DNA of 64,000 nucleotides, from contig CAVYVF010000002.1 of assembly GCA_963771885.1 (NCBI GenBank), positions 128,001-192,000 of the forward strand. Reading direction: 5' to 3'. Below the pieces are notes generated by a model. It had not been told where the DNA came from, searched no databases, and saw only the letters and a program-made list of their open reading frames with translations. The DNA is from Candidatus Bathyarchaeota archaeon. GTDB taxonomy: Archaea; Thermoproteota; Bathyarchaeia; TCS64. Below are positions 1 to 10,466 of the stretch, one piece after another. Positions within the stretch are counted from its first letter, which is position 1. Each line of letters opens with the position of its first letter. Made by a program: the position numbers and the translations under genes.

Positions 1-2
1 TA

Positions 3-2123
3 GAGATCGCGAACATAAGAGAGCATTGTGCCCTCCTCTACCCCGGCCAGATACTCAAGGCGACCGAGAAGGCTAAGTTCATAGTCAAAGCCGCCGTCGA
101 GAGGGCTAAGACACTCGAACCAGTCGAGAAGAAGAAGTTCCCCGTTAAGAAGTCCGTCCTCATTCTAGGTGGCGGAGTCGCCGGTGTCGAAGCCGCCAAG
201 AGGATTGGGGACCTCGGAATGGAGGTGTTCCTCGTCGAGAAGACTCCCTTCCTGGGTGGGAAGGTGCTACAGCTCGGCTCTGTTTTCCCGAGTGACGACT
301 GTGGTACGTGCGTCTCGCCGTGCGGAGATGACCTGCATCGCAGATGCTTCTATAGGAACACGATCTCCCACCACGAGCACGTCAACATCCTCACGTCAGC
401 CGAACTCAGGAAGCTTACGGGGCACATCGGCAACTACAAGGCGACCATCGGCGTCAACCCGCGCCTCGTCAACGAGGAGCTCTGCATGGGCTGCGGGAAA
501 TGCGCAGAGGTCTGCCCCGTCGAGGCGCCGAATGAGTTCAACTTCGGCTGGGACAAGAGGAAAGCAGTCTACATCCTGAGCGACCAGGCTCTGCCGAGGG
601 TTTACGCGATAGACCCCGGCACATGCACGAGATGCGGCAAGTGCGCGGAGGCGTGCCCGGTAAAGGCGATTGACCTGAGCGAGCAGCCACGTGAGTTGAC
701 TGTCGACATCGGCGCCGTTGTCGTGGCGACTGGCTTCCAGACCTTCGACCCCAAGGGCATGTACAGCTTCGGGGAGAACCCCAACATCGTCACCCAGATG
801 CAGTTGGCGAGGATGCTCGATCAGTCCGGCCCGACTAAGGGGAAGGTAATACGCCCTGGCGATGGGCAGGAGCCCAAGCGCATCGCGATGATACAGTGCG
901 TCGGCTCACGCGACCCCAAGGGGCATGAGTACTGCAGTAAGATATGCTGCAGCATCGCGGTGAAGCATGCGGTCGAGGTCATGGAGAAGAATCCTGAATC
1001 CGGCCTCGCAATTATCCATAAGGACATACGGTTGACCGGGAAGCACTACGAAGACTACTATTACAGGGCACAGAACTTAGGCGTCCGCCTTCTACGAGGC
1101 GAGGTCGAGGGTGTCACATCAATGCCCGATGGGTCGATACACATCGACGTGAAAGACGAGTACGGCGAGATTGTACCTCTCTACGTAGATCTTCTAGTAC
1201 TCTCGACCGGCCTTGAGCCATCCCTAGGAACCCCCGAACTGGCACAGAAGCTGGGCGTACCTCTATCCGTAGACGGCTTCTTTGCTGAGCGCGGACCGAA
1301 GATCGAGCCGCTTGATACCGCCGTCGAGGGCATCTTCATAGCGGGTACCGCACACGGACCAAAGGATATTCAGGAGAGCGTGACACAGGCACTCGGCGCG
1401 ACCGGGCGCGTAGCCTCGATGCTGATGCGTGGCGAGATGGAGATAGACCTCGCGAAGGCATGGGTGGACAAGGAGAAGTGCGTCGGCTGCGGCGCCTGCG
1501 CGAGTATTTGCCCATTCGCTGCCATCGAGTGGAGCGCCTTCGGCGAGCCTAAGGTCATTGAGGCGGCGTGCGAGGGCTGCGGTATCTGCAGCGCAGTCTG
1601 CCCAGTCTCTGCGATGCAGCTGCGCCACTACAAGGACGACCAAATCATCCCAAAGATCAAGGCGATACTGACGCCGAAATGGCTCAGCGAGGAGAAGAAG
1701 GACGAGCCCGTCATCGTCGCCTTCGCCTGCCAGTGGTGCAGCTACGCCGCCGCGGACACTGCGGGCAACATGGGGATGGAATACCCGGACAACATACGCA
1801 TAATCAGGGTTCCCTGTAGCGGGCGCATAGACGCCACGCACATCATCTCAGCCTTCAAGAACGGCGCAGATGGGGTGATTATCAGCGGCTGCCTCCCTAC
1901 TCAGTGTAACTACCTCACAGGAAACCTCGAAGCCATCGACCGCGTCGACGCAATGAAGAAGACACTAGACGTATTAGGCATCGGCGGCGAGCGCATCGAG
2001 ACAATCTTCACAAGCGCATGCATGCCGACGTGGCTAGTAATGATGTTTAAGGACTTCACGGAACGAGTGCAGATGCTAAACGAGGCCGCAAAACCGAAGC
2101 CTGAAACCGTCTCCCACGACTAG
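3..2123 (+). CDS. hdrA: HdrA-like heterodisulfide reductase flavoprotein fused to a C-terminal MvhD domain (5'-truncated by window edge)
   Basis: Frame is open from position 3 (EIANIREHC..., ILGGGVAG). Contains QCVGSRD...YCSKICC, several CxxCxxCxxxCP ferredoxin motifs and a C-terminal MvhD (ACQWCSY, PCSGR, GC...C). Confidence 0.92.
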   Translation, partial: EIANIREHCALLYPGQILKATEKAKFIVKAAVERAKTLEPVEKKKFPVKKSVLILGGGVAGVEAAKRIGDLGMEVFLVEKTPFLGGKVLQLGSVFPSDDCGTCVSPCGDDLHRRCFYRNTISHHEHVNILTSAELRKLTGHIGNYKATIGVNPRLVNEELCMGCGKCAEVCPVEAPNEFNFGWDKRKAVYILSDQALPRVYAIDPGTCTRCGKCAEACPVKAIDLSEQPRELTVDIGAVVVATGFQTFDPKGMYSFGENPNIVTQMQLARMLDQSGPTKGKVIRPGDGQEPKRIAMIQCVGSRDPKGHEYCSKICCSIAVKHAVEVMEKNPESGLAIIHKDIRLTGKHYEDYYYRAQNLGVRLLRGEVEGVTSMPDGSIHIDVKDEYGEIVPLYVDLLVLSTGLEPSLGTPELAQKLGVPLSVDGFFAERGPKIEPLDTAVEGIFIAGTAHGPKDIQESVTQALGATGRVASMLMRGEMEIDLAKAWVDKEKCVGCGACASICPFAAIEWSAFGEPKVIEAACEGCGICSAVCPVSAMQLRHYKDDQIIPKIKAILTPKWLSEEKKDEPVIVAFACQWCSYAAADTAGNMGMEYPDNIRIIRVPCSGRIDATHIISAFKNGADGVIISGCLPTQCNYLTGNLEAIDRVDAMKKTLDVLGIGGERIETIFTSACMPTWLVMMFKDFTERVQMLNEAAKPKPETVSHD

Positions 2124-2133
2124 TTAGTAAAAA

Positions 2134-2361
2134 TCACGCGGATATCAGACAGGTCATCGTCGAGACGACGCCCGGCATATTTCTGATGTCCATGACCATC
2201 TTCTTTATCCCCATCGTCGAAGGGTCCTGACAGAGTGTGTATATGTCATATGGACCGTAGATCATGTTTGCCTCTACCACGCCGGGGAACATCTTGATCT
2301 TGTTGTACAAGTTGGTGTCCACCTGCGACTTCGACTTCACCAGGACCAAGGCCTTCTGCAT
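2134..2361 (-). CDS. Stand-alone Lrp/AsnC ligand-binding (RAM) domain protein
   Basis: PGVVEANMIYGPYDI...IRNMPGVVSTMT; no HTH. Confidence 0.8.
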   Translation of the reverse strand: MQKALVLVKSKSQVDTNLYNKIKMFPGVVEANMIYGPYDIYTLCQDPSTMGIKKMVMDIRNMPGVVSTMTCLISA

Positions 2362-2561
2362 ATAGATCAATAAAGTAATTACAATAATTAATATAAATGC
2401 TTACATCAGCCCTGGGTTTGAACGTATCCGCTAATAATATCTTAAATATCTTATAATGCCTAAGAAAAAATAATGTTATCGGATATATGCCGAGAGTATT
2501 AGCTTTTAGAGTTATCTGGATAAATTTAAATCGCATGTTGACGAGTTTATCTACGATTGTC

Positions 2562-2795
2562 ATGGAACAGGCTCTCATCCTCGTTGTACTGGCGCCCACG
2601 TTCAAGTCAGAGACGCTTGAGAAGATACGCACGATACCCGGCGTAGCCATGGCTCATCTCCTCTATGGGCCATACGATCTCTTCGCGACGATTAAGGTTG
2701 AGACTCTCAACGAGATGAGGGCTGCCGTTTTAAAGATCCGCGAGACCGAAGGCATAAGGTCTACGATAACCTGCAACGTCATCAAGCAACCTTAA
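2562..2795 (+). CDS. Stand-alone Lrp/AsnC ligand-binding (RAM) domain protein
   Basis: PGVAMAHLLYGPYDLF...GIRSTIT; ATG at 2562 chosen by analogy to the paralogs. Confidence 0.8.
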   Translation: MEQALILVVLAPTFKSETLEKIRTIPGVAMAHLLYGPYDLFATIKVETLNEMRAAVLKIRETEGIRSTITCNVIKQP

Positions 2796-2843
2796 TTTTT
2801 TTACGTTTCTAATACCAATTCGCGTTTCGGGCATGATCTCAGC

Positions 2844-3191
2844 ATGACAGAGACTATCTTCTACGAGCGGAGGGAGGCAAGGTTCGAGTCTTTCCCCGCG
2901 GAAAACTACGTCGACTATATGACTAACGTTATGCCCATTCCTGAAAAACACTTTTTCTATCTTCCAAATAGGGGAAAGGTGATCACATGTGAAGTTAGAG
3001 CAGACGAAAGAGGGGGAAAAAATCTTGTGTGGGCGGTTGAAGAATTTGATGAAGTCGCCGTAGCCTCATTGATAAACGTGGACACTCGTAAGATCGACGA
3101 GATTTTGGCGGTTCTAATTGAGGGTGAGGCGTCTCGTCCCTGTGACTTGTGCGAAGAAGTCTTGGGTAGCCATCTGAATTTTTATCAATAA
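2844..3191 (+). CDS. Hypothetical protein with a C-terminal CxxC
   Basis: 115-aa ORF filling the gap; no family recognised. Confidence 0.55.
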   Translation: MTETIFYERREARFESFPAENYVDYMTNVMPIPEKHFFYLPNRGKVITCEVRADERGGKNLVWAVEEFDEVAVASLINVDTRKIDEILAVLIEGEASRPCDLCEEVLGSHLNFYQ

Positions 3192-3231
3192 TCGCATCAG
3201 AAAAGGAAGGGTGATAAGAAACAGCTGGTTT

Positions 3232-3468
3232 CTAGCCTACAATCAACAGAGTCGTTGTTGAGACCACGGAGGGGTATCCTCTCAGCTCCATAACCAGCTT
3301 GGTCATCTCAAGGGACTTGGAGACCTCGGCGATGAGGTAGACGTCGAACTCTCCGAACGTCATACCCGCCTCTTTGACCTCCGCCCTCTGCTTGACCCTG
3401 TTGAGCACTTCCTCTATGCAGTCCTCGCCTAGGCACTCGACTTTGAGTAGAATCAGGGCTTTTTCCAA
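3232..3468 (-). CDS. Stand-alone Lrp/AsnC ligand-binding (RAM) domain protein
   Basis: VKEAGMTFGEFDVY...SVVSTTTLLIV. Confidence 0.78.
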   Translation of the reverse strand: MEKALILLKVECLGEDCIEEVLNRVKQRAEVKEAGMTFGEFDVYLIAEVSKSLEMTKLVMELRGYPSVVSTTTLLIVG

Positions 3469-3516
3469 TGATGATCAATACTAGTAAGGATACTAAATAT
3501 TTAAGGCTGTTTTTGG

Positions 3517-4920
3517 TTAGGCGTGGTTTTGTTTCTTCGCTATGATCAACTCATGTATCGCCTTCGCCGCCTTCTTCCCCGCGCCCATAGCGCTGATTAC
3601 TGTTGCGGCGCCGCTGACAACGTCGCCTCCCGCGTACACGCCTGGTATCGCTGTCTGCATGGTTTCCTCGTTGACGACGATTGTTCCGTGACGCGTCGTT
3701 TGTAGCCCTTCGGTGGTCTGCTGGATGATGGGGTTCGGAGACTGCCCTATCGCTATCACTGCGGTGTCGATCTCTAGCATGAAGTTGCTTCCCTCGATTG
3801 GTTCGGGTCTACGCCTTCCAGACTGGTCAGGCTCGCTTAGGCGCTGCTTTACGCACTCAACTTTTTCTAGGAACCCGCGCTCGTTTCCGATGAACCGGAT
3901 TGGGTTGGTAAGGAGCATGAACTCTATGCCCTCCTCTTCGGCGTTCTCGACCTCCTCGGCTCTGGCAGGCATCTCGTCTTTGCTTCTGCGGTAGATTATG
4001 TAGACCTTTTCGGCGCCGAGGCGCAGTGCGCATCGGGCGGAGTCCATCGCGACGTTGCCAGCGCCGACGACTCCCACCTTCTTACCCACCCTGATCGGTG
4101 TGTCGTACTCAGGGAACCTGTAGGCCTTCATTAGGTTCGTGCGGATGAGGAACTCGTTTGCCGAGTATATCCCCTTCAGGTTCTCCCCGGGTACTCGGAG
4201 GAAGTTTGGTAACCCTGCCCCGGAGCCTACGAATACTGCGTCGTAACCGCCGTCCTTTAGTTCCTGGATGGTTGTGAGGAGGCCGACCGTGGAGTCTAAG
4301 CGCAACTCCACGCCGAGGCTCTTCACATACTCCACCTCGTTTTGCACTATCTCCTTTGGGAGCCTGAACTGTGGGATGCCGTACATGAGTACTCCGCCGG
4401 CTGTGTGCAGCGACTCGAACATCGTGACGCTGTGGCCGAGCTTGGCGAGGTCAGCCGCGACGGTCAAGCCTGCGGGGCCAGAACCAACGACCGCCACCTT
4501 TCCCCCGTTAACAGCAATATTTGATCTCTCCAGCTTAGTGTTTAGCCTCTCCCAGTCCGATGCGTATCTCTCGATGCGCCCTATTCCGACGGGGTCTCCT
4601 CTGACTCCAAGCACACAGAACTTTTGGCACTGCTCCTCCTGCGGGCAGACCCTGCCACATACTGCGGGAAGGGCGTTCTTCTCCTTGATCTTCCTCGCTG
4701 CGTCGCCGAACTTTCGTTCCTTTACTAGTTGAATGAACTCGGGGATTGGCACCTCGACGGGGCACCCCTTCTTGCACTGTGGCTTGGGGCAGTTGAGGCA
4801 CCTCGCCGCTTCATCGAGGGCGAGCTGCTCATCGAACCCGAGCGCGACCTCGTCGAAGTTATGGATCCTCTTCTCGACGCCCTGCTTCGGCATCTCGCTC
4901 TGTGGCTTCTTGTGCGCCAT
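3517..4920 (-). CDS. nfnB: NfnB/SudA (GltD-like) NADPH-dependent flavoprotein, large subunit of the bifurcating transhydrogenase
   Basis: EAARCLNC, CPVEV, CGRVCPQEEQC, GSGPAG, GAGNVAMD, YRRS; lies directly downstream of nfnA. Confidence 0.9.
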   Translation of the reverse strand: MAHKKPQSEMPKQGVEKRIHNFDEVALGFDEQLALDEAARCLNCPKPQCKKGCPVEVPIPEFIQLVKERKFGDAARKIKEKNALPAVCGRVCPQEEQCQKFCVLGVRGDPVGIGRIERYASDWERLNTKLERSNIAVNGGKVAVVGSGPAGLTVAADLAKLGHSVTMFESLHTAGGVLMYGIPQFRLPKEIVQNEVEYVKSLGVELRLDSTVGLLTTIQELKDGGYDAVFVGSGAGLPNFLRVPGENLKGIYSANEFLIRTNLMKAYRFPEYDTPIRVGKKVGVVGAGNVAMDSARCALRLGAEKVYIIYRRSKDEMPARAEEVENAEEEGIEFMLLTNPIRFIGNERGFLEKVECVKQRLSEPDQSGRRRPEPIEGSNFMLEIDTAVIAIGQSPNPIIQQTTEGLQTTRHGTIVVNEETMQTAIPGVYAGGDVVSGAATVISAMGAGKKAAKAIHELIIAKKQNHA

Positions 4921-4921
4921 C

Positions 4922-5741
4922 TCAGTCTCCTCCGTCAAACAACACCATCGCGATCTTCTCGCTTGGGTTGTAGAATCTCATTCTGTTGATCAGCTCCTCG
5001 TAGTTGACCTTGTGTCCGTCGAAGTCGGGTCCGTGCACGCAGGCGAACTTGGTCTCGTTTCCCACGCTGACCCTGCAAGCGCCGCACATGCCCGTTCCAT
5101 CGACCATAATGGGGAAGAGGTTCACCGTCGTGGGGATGCCATACGGTTTGGTCATCTCGGAGACGACCATCTGCATGCTAGTCGGTCCAATTGTCATCGC
5201 CTGAGCGAACTTTTTCTCGGCGAGTATCTTGCCGAGGAAGTTTAGGCCCTCCTCGCCCTCGGATCCGTCGTCCGTTGCGACGTGGAGCTCATCGCTGTAC
5301 TTTCTCAGTTCGTCGACAAGTATTAGGTGTTCCTTGCTTCTCGCACCAATGACAGTTGTTATTCTATTCCCAGCGTTTCTTCAACGCCTTCATTTGGTAT
5401 AGTAAAGCCCCCGCCATCACGCCTCCGCCGACGCACAGCACGTCGCCGTATTGTCGGATCTTCGTGGCGTTTCCTAGTGGGCCCGAGAAGTTCAGGATTG
5501 AGTCGCCTTCGTTCAGATTCCCTAGTTGAGTCGAGGATTTACCCACCTCGGCGAAGATGATGGTTACTAAGCCCTTTTCTGGGTTCGCGTCCGCGATTGT
5601 TATCGGGAACCTCTCCCCTTTCTCGTGGACGCGCACTATGACGAACTGCCCGGGCTTGGACTTTGCCGCAACAGCTGGTGCATGGACGTCGAATAGCTTG
5701 ATGTTCGATGCCAGTTTATCCTTCCGCACTATACCGTACAT
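4922..5741 (-). CDS. nfnA: NfnA/SudB (PyrK-like) FAD/NAD-binding [2Fe-2S] subunit, interrupted by a +1 frameshift near 5377
   Basis: PGQFVIVR...GERFPITI, then in the shifted frame NAGNRITTVIGARSK...ATDDGS, DGTGMCGACRV, CVHGPDF. Confidence 0.88.
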
Positions 5742-5882
5742 GAAGGGATCACAGTACATAGGGTCAATACTATAAAAACTTGTACATGTTGTATTTATTA
5801 TCCGTTAGTGTTCATTGAATGGAAAAACATGTGCAGGTAAAATGATTGTTTAGTTAAATGAAAAAAGATGAAATACGGGGGT

Positions 5883-7233
5883 TTAAGCGTAGACGCCTTG
5901 GGCGATCATCGCGTCGGCTACCTTGAGGAAGCCTGCGATGTTTGCGCCCATGACGTAGTCGCCGGGTTTGCCGAAGAGCTTTGCAGTGTCGTATGCGTTC
6001 TTGTGGATGTTGATCATGATGCCGTGTAGCTTCTGATCAACTTCCTCGAAGCTCCAGAAGTAGCGCTGGCTGTTCTGGACCATCTCGAGGCCACTTGTGG
6101 CTACGCCGCCTGCGTTGCTGGCCTTGCCGGGTGCGTATAGCACGCCACCTTCCTGGAGGACCTTGATTGCCTCTAAGCGTGCATGGCATGTTTGCGCCCT
6201 CGGTGACTGCCTTGCAGCCGTTATCGATGAGCTTCTTGGCGTCCTTATCGTTCAGCTCGTTCTGAGTCGCGCAGGGGTACGCGAGGTCACATTTGACGCC
6301 CCATGGGGTCTTCTTAGCCTCGTATGTAGCGCCCTTGAACTTCTCGGCATACTCGCTGATGCGGCCCCTCTTGACGTTCTTGAGCTCGAGTACGAAGGCG
6401 AGCTTTTTCTCGTCGATGCCGGCTGGGTCGTAGATGTAGCCGTCGGAGTCGCTTAGAGTGACTGGCTTAGCGCCGAGCTGGATGAGTTTCTGTACCGCGT
6501 ACTGTGCGACGTTTCCGGAGCCGGAGACGACCGCGACCTTACCCTTTAGGGATTCCTTCTTGGTCTTCATCATCTCCTCGCTGAAGTAGACTGCACCATA
6601 GCCGGTCGCCTCAGTCCTCGCAAGGCTGCCACCGAAGGTTAGGCCCTTGCCGGTGAGTACGCATGTGCCGTGGTTGTTCGTGATCTTGCGGTATGCGCCG
6701 TACATGTAGCCGATCTCTCGTCCGCCAACACCAATGTCGCCGGCGGGAACGTCGACGAACTGGCCGACGTGCCTGTAGATCTCTGCCATGAAGCTTGTAC
6801 AGAAAGACTCTACTTCTGCGTCAGTCTTGCCCTTGGGGTCAAAGTCAGAACCGCCCTTCGCACCACCCATTGGTAGGGTGGTGAGGCTGTTCTTGAAGGT
6901 CTGCTCGAATCCGAGGAACTTCATAACGCCTAGGTTGACTGTGGGGTGGAACCTGAAGCCGCCCTTGTATGGGCCGATCGCTGAGTTGTACTGCACACGG
7001 TAGCCGCGGTTGACCTGGATCTTCCCATCCTTGTCCTTCCAAGGAACACGGAACTGGATGATCCTCTCTGGCTCAACCATGCGCTCAAGAATGGCGTTCT
7101 CCTGGTACTTAGGGAACTTCTTGATCGCGGGCTCGATGGTCGCCAGAACCTCATAGGCTGCCTGGTGGAACTCCTTCTGCAGGGGATCCTTCTCAACGAG
7201 GCTCTTGTAGATGCTCTCAATATACTTATCCAA
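5883..7233 (-). CDS. gdhA: NAD(P)-specific glutamate dehydrogenase, interrupted by a +1 frameshift near 6176
   Basis: GPYKGGFRFHP, MGGAKGGSDFDPK, VPAGDIGVG, GSGNVA, EGANMP; continues as EAIKVLQEGGVLYAPGKASNAGGV in the +1 frame. Confidence 0.92.
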
Positions 7234-7503
7234 TTTTCGCGCCTCTCATAAACTCACGGTATCCCGTATATATTGCTATCCATCTTTCTCCATTATTAAT
7301 TTGATATTTATTTCCACTAAAATAAATACTGAATGTTATGATATTTTAAGAAAATTGTGTTCAATTTTATCGGATATGTAGATATTATTCGTTTATGTTA
7401 TTTGATGAAAGTTGACGTTTGTCATTACACTATTCTTATAATTTAGTCAAATTCAATTTTCCTTTTCGAAGCTTGTTTTATTTGTTCGACGATAGCTTTA
7501 AAT

Positions 7504-7630
7504 CCATTCCTTAGAAAGCCTAGGAGATGGTATGTACAGGTAAGGTAGGTGTATTTACATACCCTTACTCCCCATCTGCGCGAATGGGATATAAACTTAG
7601 CTTTACCTGTTGGAAGATATCATCTTCAGA
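7504..7630 (+). promoter_or_regulatory. Candidate structured leader upstream of the ech operon
   Basis: ACAGGTAAGG (7536) pairs with CTTTACCTGT (7601-7610), enclosing GTAT/ATAC and CCCAT/ATGGG hairpins. Further hairpins at 7504-7530 and GAAGAT/ATCTTC. TATA-like TTTAAA near 7497. Confidence 0.35.
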
Positions 7631-7656
7631 CTCAATCAGGTTCGTGAGTGGATAGC

Positions 7657-9597
7657 ATGGATAGCGAGTTACTTGTTGCGTTACTGGTCGGTCTCCCCGC
7701 GGTAGCGGGGCTGTTGTGTTATTTCCTCAAGAACAAGACCGCCATCAAGGCGATTGTTGGGATCAGCGCAGTTGCCTTGATCGGTTCGACGATTCTGCTT
7801 TATCAGAACGACGGCTTCGTGCTCAAGACGAGCACGTTAATCGATGACCTAGTCCTCATCGCGGACTTTGCCTTACTATTGTACTTCCTCTACATTGGGT
7901 GGCAGAAGGCAAACCTGCCAATCATCGGTTTGACTCTGACCTACATTGTTCCCCTTGCATACTTCGAGTACTGGCACTACAACGAGGAGATCACTCCTAC
8001 GATGTTTGCGGACCAGCTCTCAATCACTATGTCCCTCATTGTCGGCGTGATAGGCTCCATCGTGTGTATCTATGCGCTCAGATACATGGATGACCACTCA
8101 AAGCACATGGAGTCGCTGACTGGGCGCGACAGGTTCGTCCAGAAGGCGAACCAGCCCAAGTTCTTCCTCTTCATGCTTCTCCTCCTCGGCGCGATGAATG
8201 GGCTTGTCTATAGCAACGACTTGACGTGGCTCGCGTTCTTCTGGGAGATCACTACGCTCTGTTGCTATGAGCTCATCAGGTATGATGGGACAGAGGTAGC
8301 TGAGGCAAACGCCCAGCGCGCCCTCTGGATGGGCATAGTCGGAGGAGCCGCCTTCATGGGTGCACTCTGGCTGAGCTACCAATATCTTGGGATCCCGTCC
8401 CTAACGGCGCTCCTAGCCTCCCCCACCACGACCCCTGTCCTGCTGATATTCGCGCTGCTAGCCGTGGCGGCGTTTAGCAAGTCGGCTCAGCTACCATTCC
8501 AAAACTGGCTCCTCGGGGCCATGGTTGCACCTACACCCGTGTCGGCTCTCCTTCACTCAAGCACGATGGTCAATGCTGGTGTATACCTGATCCTCAGGAT
8601 CGCCCCCAAGCTAGTCGGGACGAATCTGAGCTACGGAATTGCTGCCGTCGGAATATTCACGTTCATGTTCACTTCCATCATGGCGCTGAACCAGCGTGTC
8701 TCCAAGTCTATACTCGCCTACTCCACGATCGGTAACCTAGGCCTAATGATCTTCTGCGCCAGCATGGCGACCCCACTTTCCTACTCCGCCGCTATTATTC
8801 TGCTCATCTTCCACTCGATGTCCAAGGGCCTGCTCTTCATGACGGCCGGGATAATTGAGAACAAGCTCCATAGCAGGAACATCGCCGACTGGCAGGGTTT
8901 GCTCGCGAGGCTGCCGTTCACGACGACCGTCATGATTATCGGCATTGTGAGCATGTTCCTCCCTATCTTCGGCGTGTTGCTTGGCAAGTGGGCGGCCGTA
9001 GGCGTCGTCTCCAACGCGCCTCTGCTCCCCGCACTTGCGATGATAATAATGCTTCTCATAGGAAGCTCGGCGAGCATGCTGTTCTGGGCGAAGTGGCTCG
9101 GTAACTTCATCATGGCACCCGCCGGTAAAGCCAAAGCCTCAGAGGAGGATTTACCCCTCATCTACAAGTTCACGCTACTCATCGTCCTCGCGTTGGACAT
9201 CGCAGCGAGCATAGGTTCAGGCTTCGTCATCGGGAACTTTGTCGTTCCAACGATGATCCGTCAGTTCACATGGGTCACCCCACCCGATCCATCGATATTC
9301 GTCGCGCAGCTGGGCGGTTTCCTAATCTGGCAGCTCTGGATCGCGATCGGCGCTGTCATCGCCTTTGGACTGATAATCAGCAGGACGAAGAAGGGACAGC
9401 TACAGCCTGCTTACCTATCAGGCGAAAACGTCGAAGACAACCCCATCGCCTTCAGAACGACGGGTGACACGGTTGTCGACACGACAGTGGCTGGCATGTT
9501 CTTCGACCCTACAATCTCTACCTCCCGCTGGGAGCGATGGGCCATCATTCTAAGCATCGGCCTAATCGCACTTACGTTCGCTCTGGTGGTGTTGTAA
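7657..9597 (+). CDS. echA: Energy-converting hydrogenase antiporter-like subunit (EchA; NuoL/MrpA family)
   Basis: FWEITT, KSAQLPFQNWLLGAMVAPTPVSALLHSSTMV, AYST; multi-TM. Confidence 0.9.
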   Translation: MDSELLVALLVGLPAVAGLLCYFLKNKTAIKAIVGISAVALIGSTILLYQNDGFVLKTSTLIDDLVLIADFALLLYFLYIGWQKANLPIIGLTLTYIVPLAYFEYWHYNEEITPTMFADQLSITMSLIVGVIGSIVCIYALRYMDDHSKHMESLTGRDRFVQKANQPKFFLFMLLLLGAMNGLVYSNDLTWLAFFWEITTLCCYELIRYDGTEVAEANAQRALWMGIVGGAAFMGALWLSYQYLGIPSLTALLASPTTTPVLLIFALLAVAAFSKSAQLPFQNWLLGAMVAPTPVSALLHSSTMVNAGVYLILRIAPKLVGTNLSYGIAAVGIFTFMFTSIMALNQRVSKSILAYSTIGNLGLMIFCASMATPLSYSAAIILLIFHSMSKGLLFMTAGIIENKLHSRNIADWQGLLARLPFTTTVMIIGIVSMFLPIFGVLLGKWAAVGVVSNAPLLPALAMIIMLLIGSSASMLFWAKWLGNFIMAPAGKAKASEEDLPLIYKFTLLIVLALDIAASIGSGFVIGNFVVPTMIRQFTWVTPPDPSIFVAQLGGFLIWQLWIAIGAVIAFGLIISRTKKGQLQPAYLSGENVEDNPIAFRTTGDTVVDTTVAGMFFDPTISTSRWERWAIILSIGLIALTFALVVL

Positions 9598-9598
9598 A

Positions 9599-10465
9599 AT
9601 GGCACAAGAACTCGACATGGCTTTACGCATCATATACGTACTATCCGCACCCATCATTGCGGGGCTACTAACAGGAATCGATAGGATTCTCACTGCAAGG
9701 ATGCAGAGCAGGATGGGTCCACCACTCCTTCAGCCATTTTATGATTTAATCAAGCTCTGGGGCAAGGAGCCGTTCATCTCAAACATGATCCAGCCAACGC
9801 TTGCATTCGGCTACCTCGCATTCACCGTGACGGGTATCTCCCTCATCGCATTGCAGGAGGATCTACTGTTCATACTCTACACCGTATTGATCGCAGACGT
9901 GTGCCTTGCTGTGGCCGCATACAGCACAACCTCCCCCTACAGTAACCTGGGTGGAAAACGTGAGCTTCTGGCGATGCTCTCAATCGAGCCCATCATGGTG
10001 CTCACCGCGATAGGCGTTCACCTGATCACAGGGAGCTTCCAGATATCCAGCATATTCGCATACCCCACCCCTCTCCTGCTCATCCTTCCCGGCGCCCTCG
10101 CAGTGCATGTCATCGTTCTAGTCATCGACATGAAGAAGTCCCCCTTCGACATATCCGGCTCAAGCCACGCCCACCAGTCGCTCGTCCGTGGCGTCTATAC
10201 CGAGTTCAGTGGTTACACGCAGGCGCTTGTCGAGATGGGTCACTGGCTAAAGGTCTACTTCACAATGAGCCTCATCGCCCTCTTCTGGGCTCAGAACTTC
10301 ATTATAGGCGCAGCGATCGCCTTCGCTCTCTTCTTTATAGCGATAGTGATCGATAACATCTATCCTCGCTTAGACTGGAAGGACATGCTCAAAACGTCCT
10401 GGACCTTCGGGTTCCTCCTGATACTTGTGAACCTGATCGTCATCGTCGTCTTCAAGGTGATTTAA
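9599..10465 (+). CDS. echB: EchB (NuoH-like membrane subunit)
   Basis: RILTARMQSRMGPPLLQPFYDLIKL; KSPFDISGSSHAHQ. Confidence 0.9.
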   Translation: MAQELDMALRIIYVLSAPIIAGLLTGIDRILTARMQSRMGPPLLQPFYDLIKLWGKEPFISNMIQPTLAFGYLAFTVTGISLIALQEDLLFILYTVLIADVCLAVAAYSTTSPYSNLGGKRELLAMLSIEPIMVLTAIGVHLITGSFQISSIFAYPTPLLLILPGALAVHVIVLVIDMKKSPFDISGSSHAHQSLVRGVYTEFSGYTQALVEMGHWLKVYFTMSLIALFWAQNFIIGAAIAFALFFIAIVIDNIYPRLDWKDMLKTSWTFGFLLILVNLIVIVVFKVI

Positions 10466-10466
10466 A

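Noticed and set aside
3517..4920. Glutamate synthase small subunit
   Set aside because: It is paired with an NfnA/SudB gene and no GltB large subunit is present, so NfnB/SudA fits better.
7523..7560. Fluoride riboswitch (GGAGATGG start)
   Set aside because: The complementary CTCC and the downstream pseudoknot consensus are absent.
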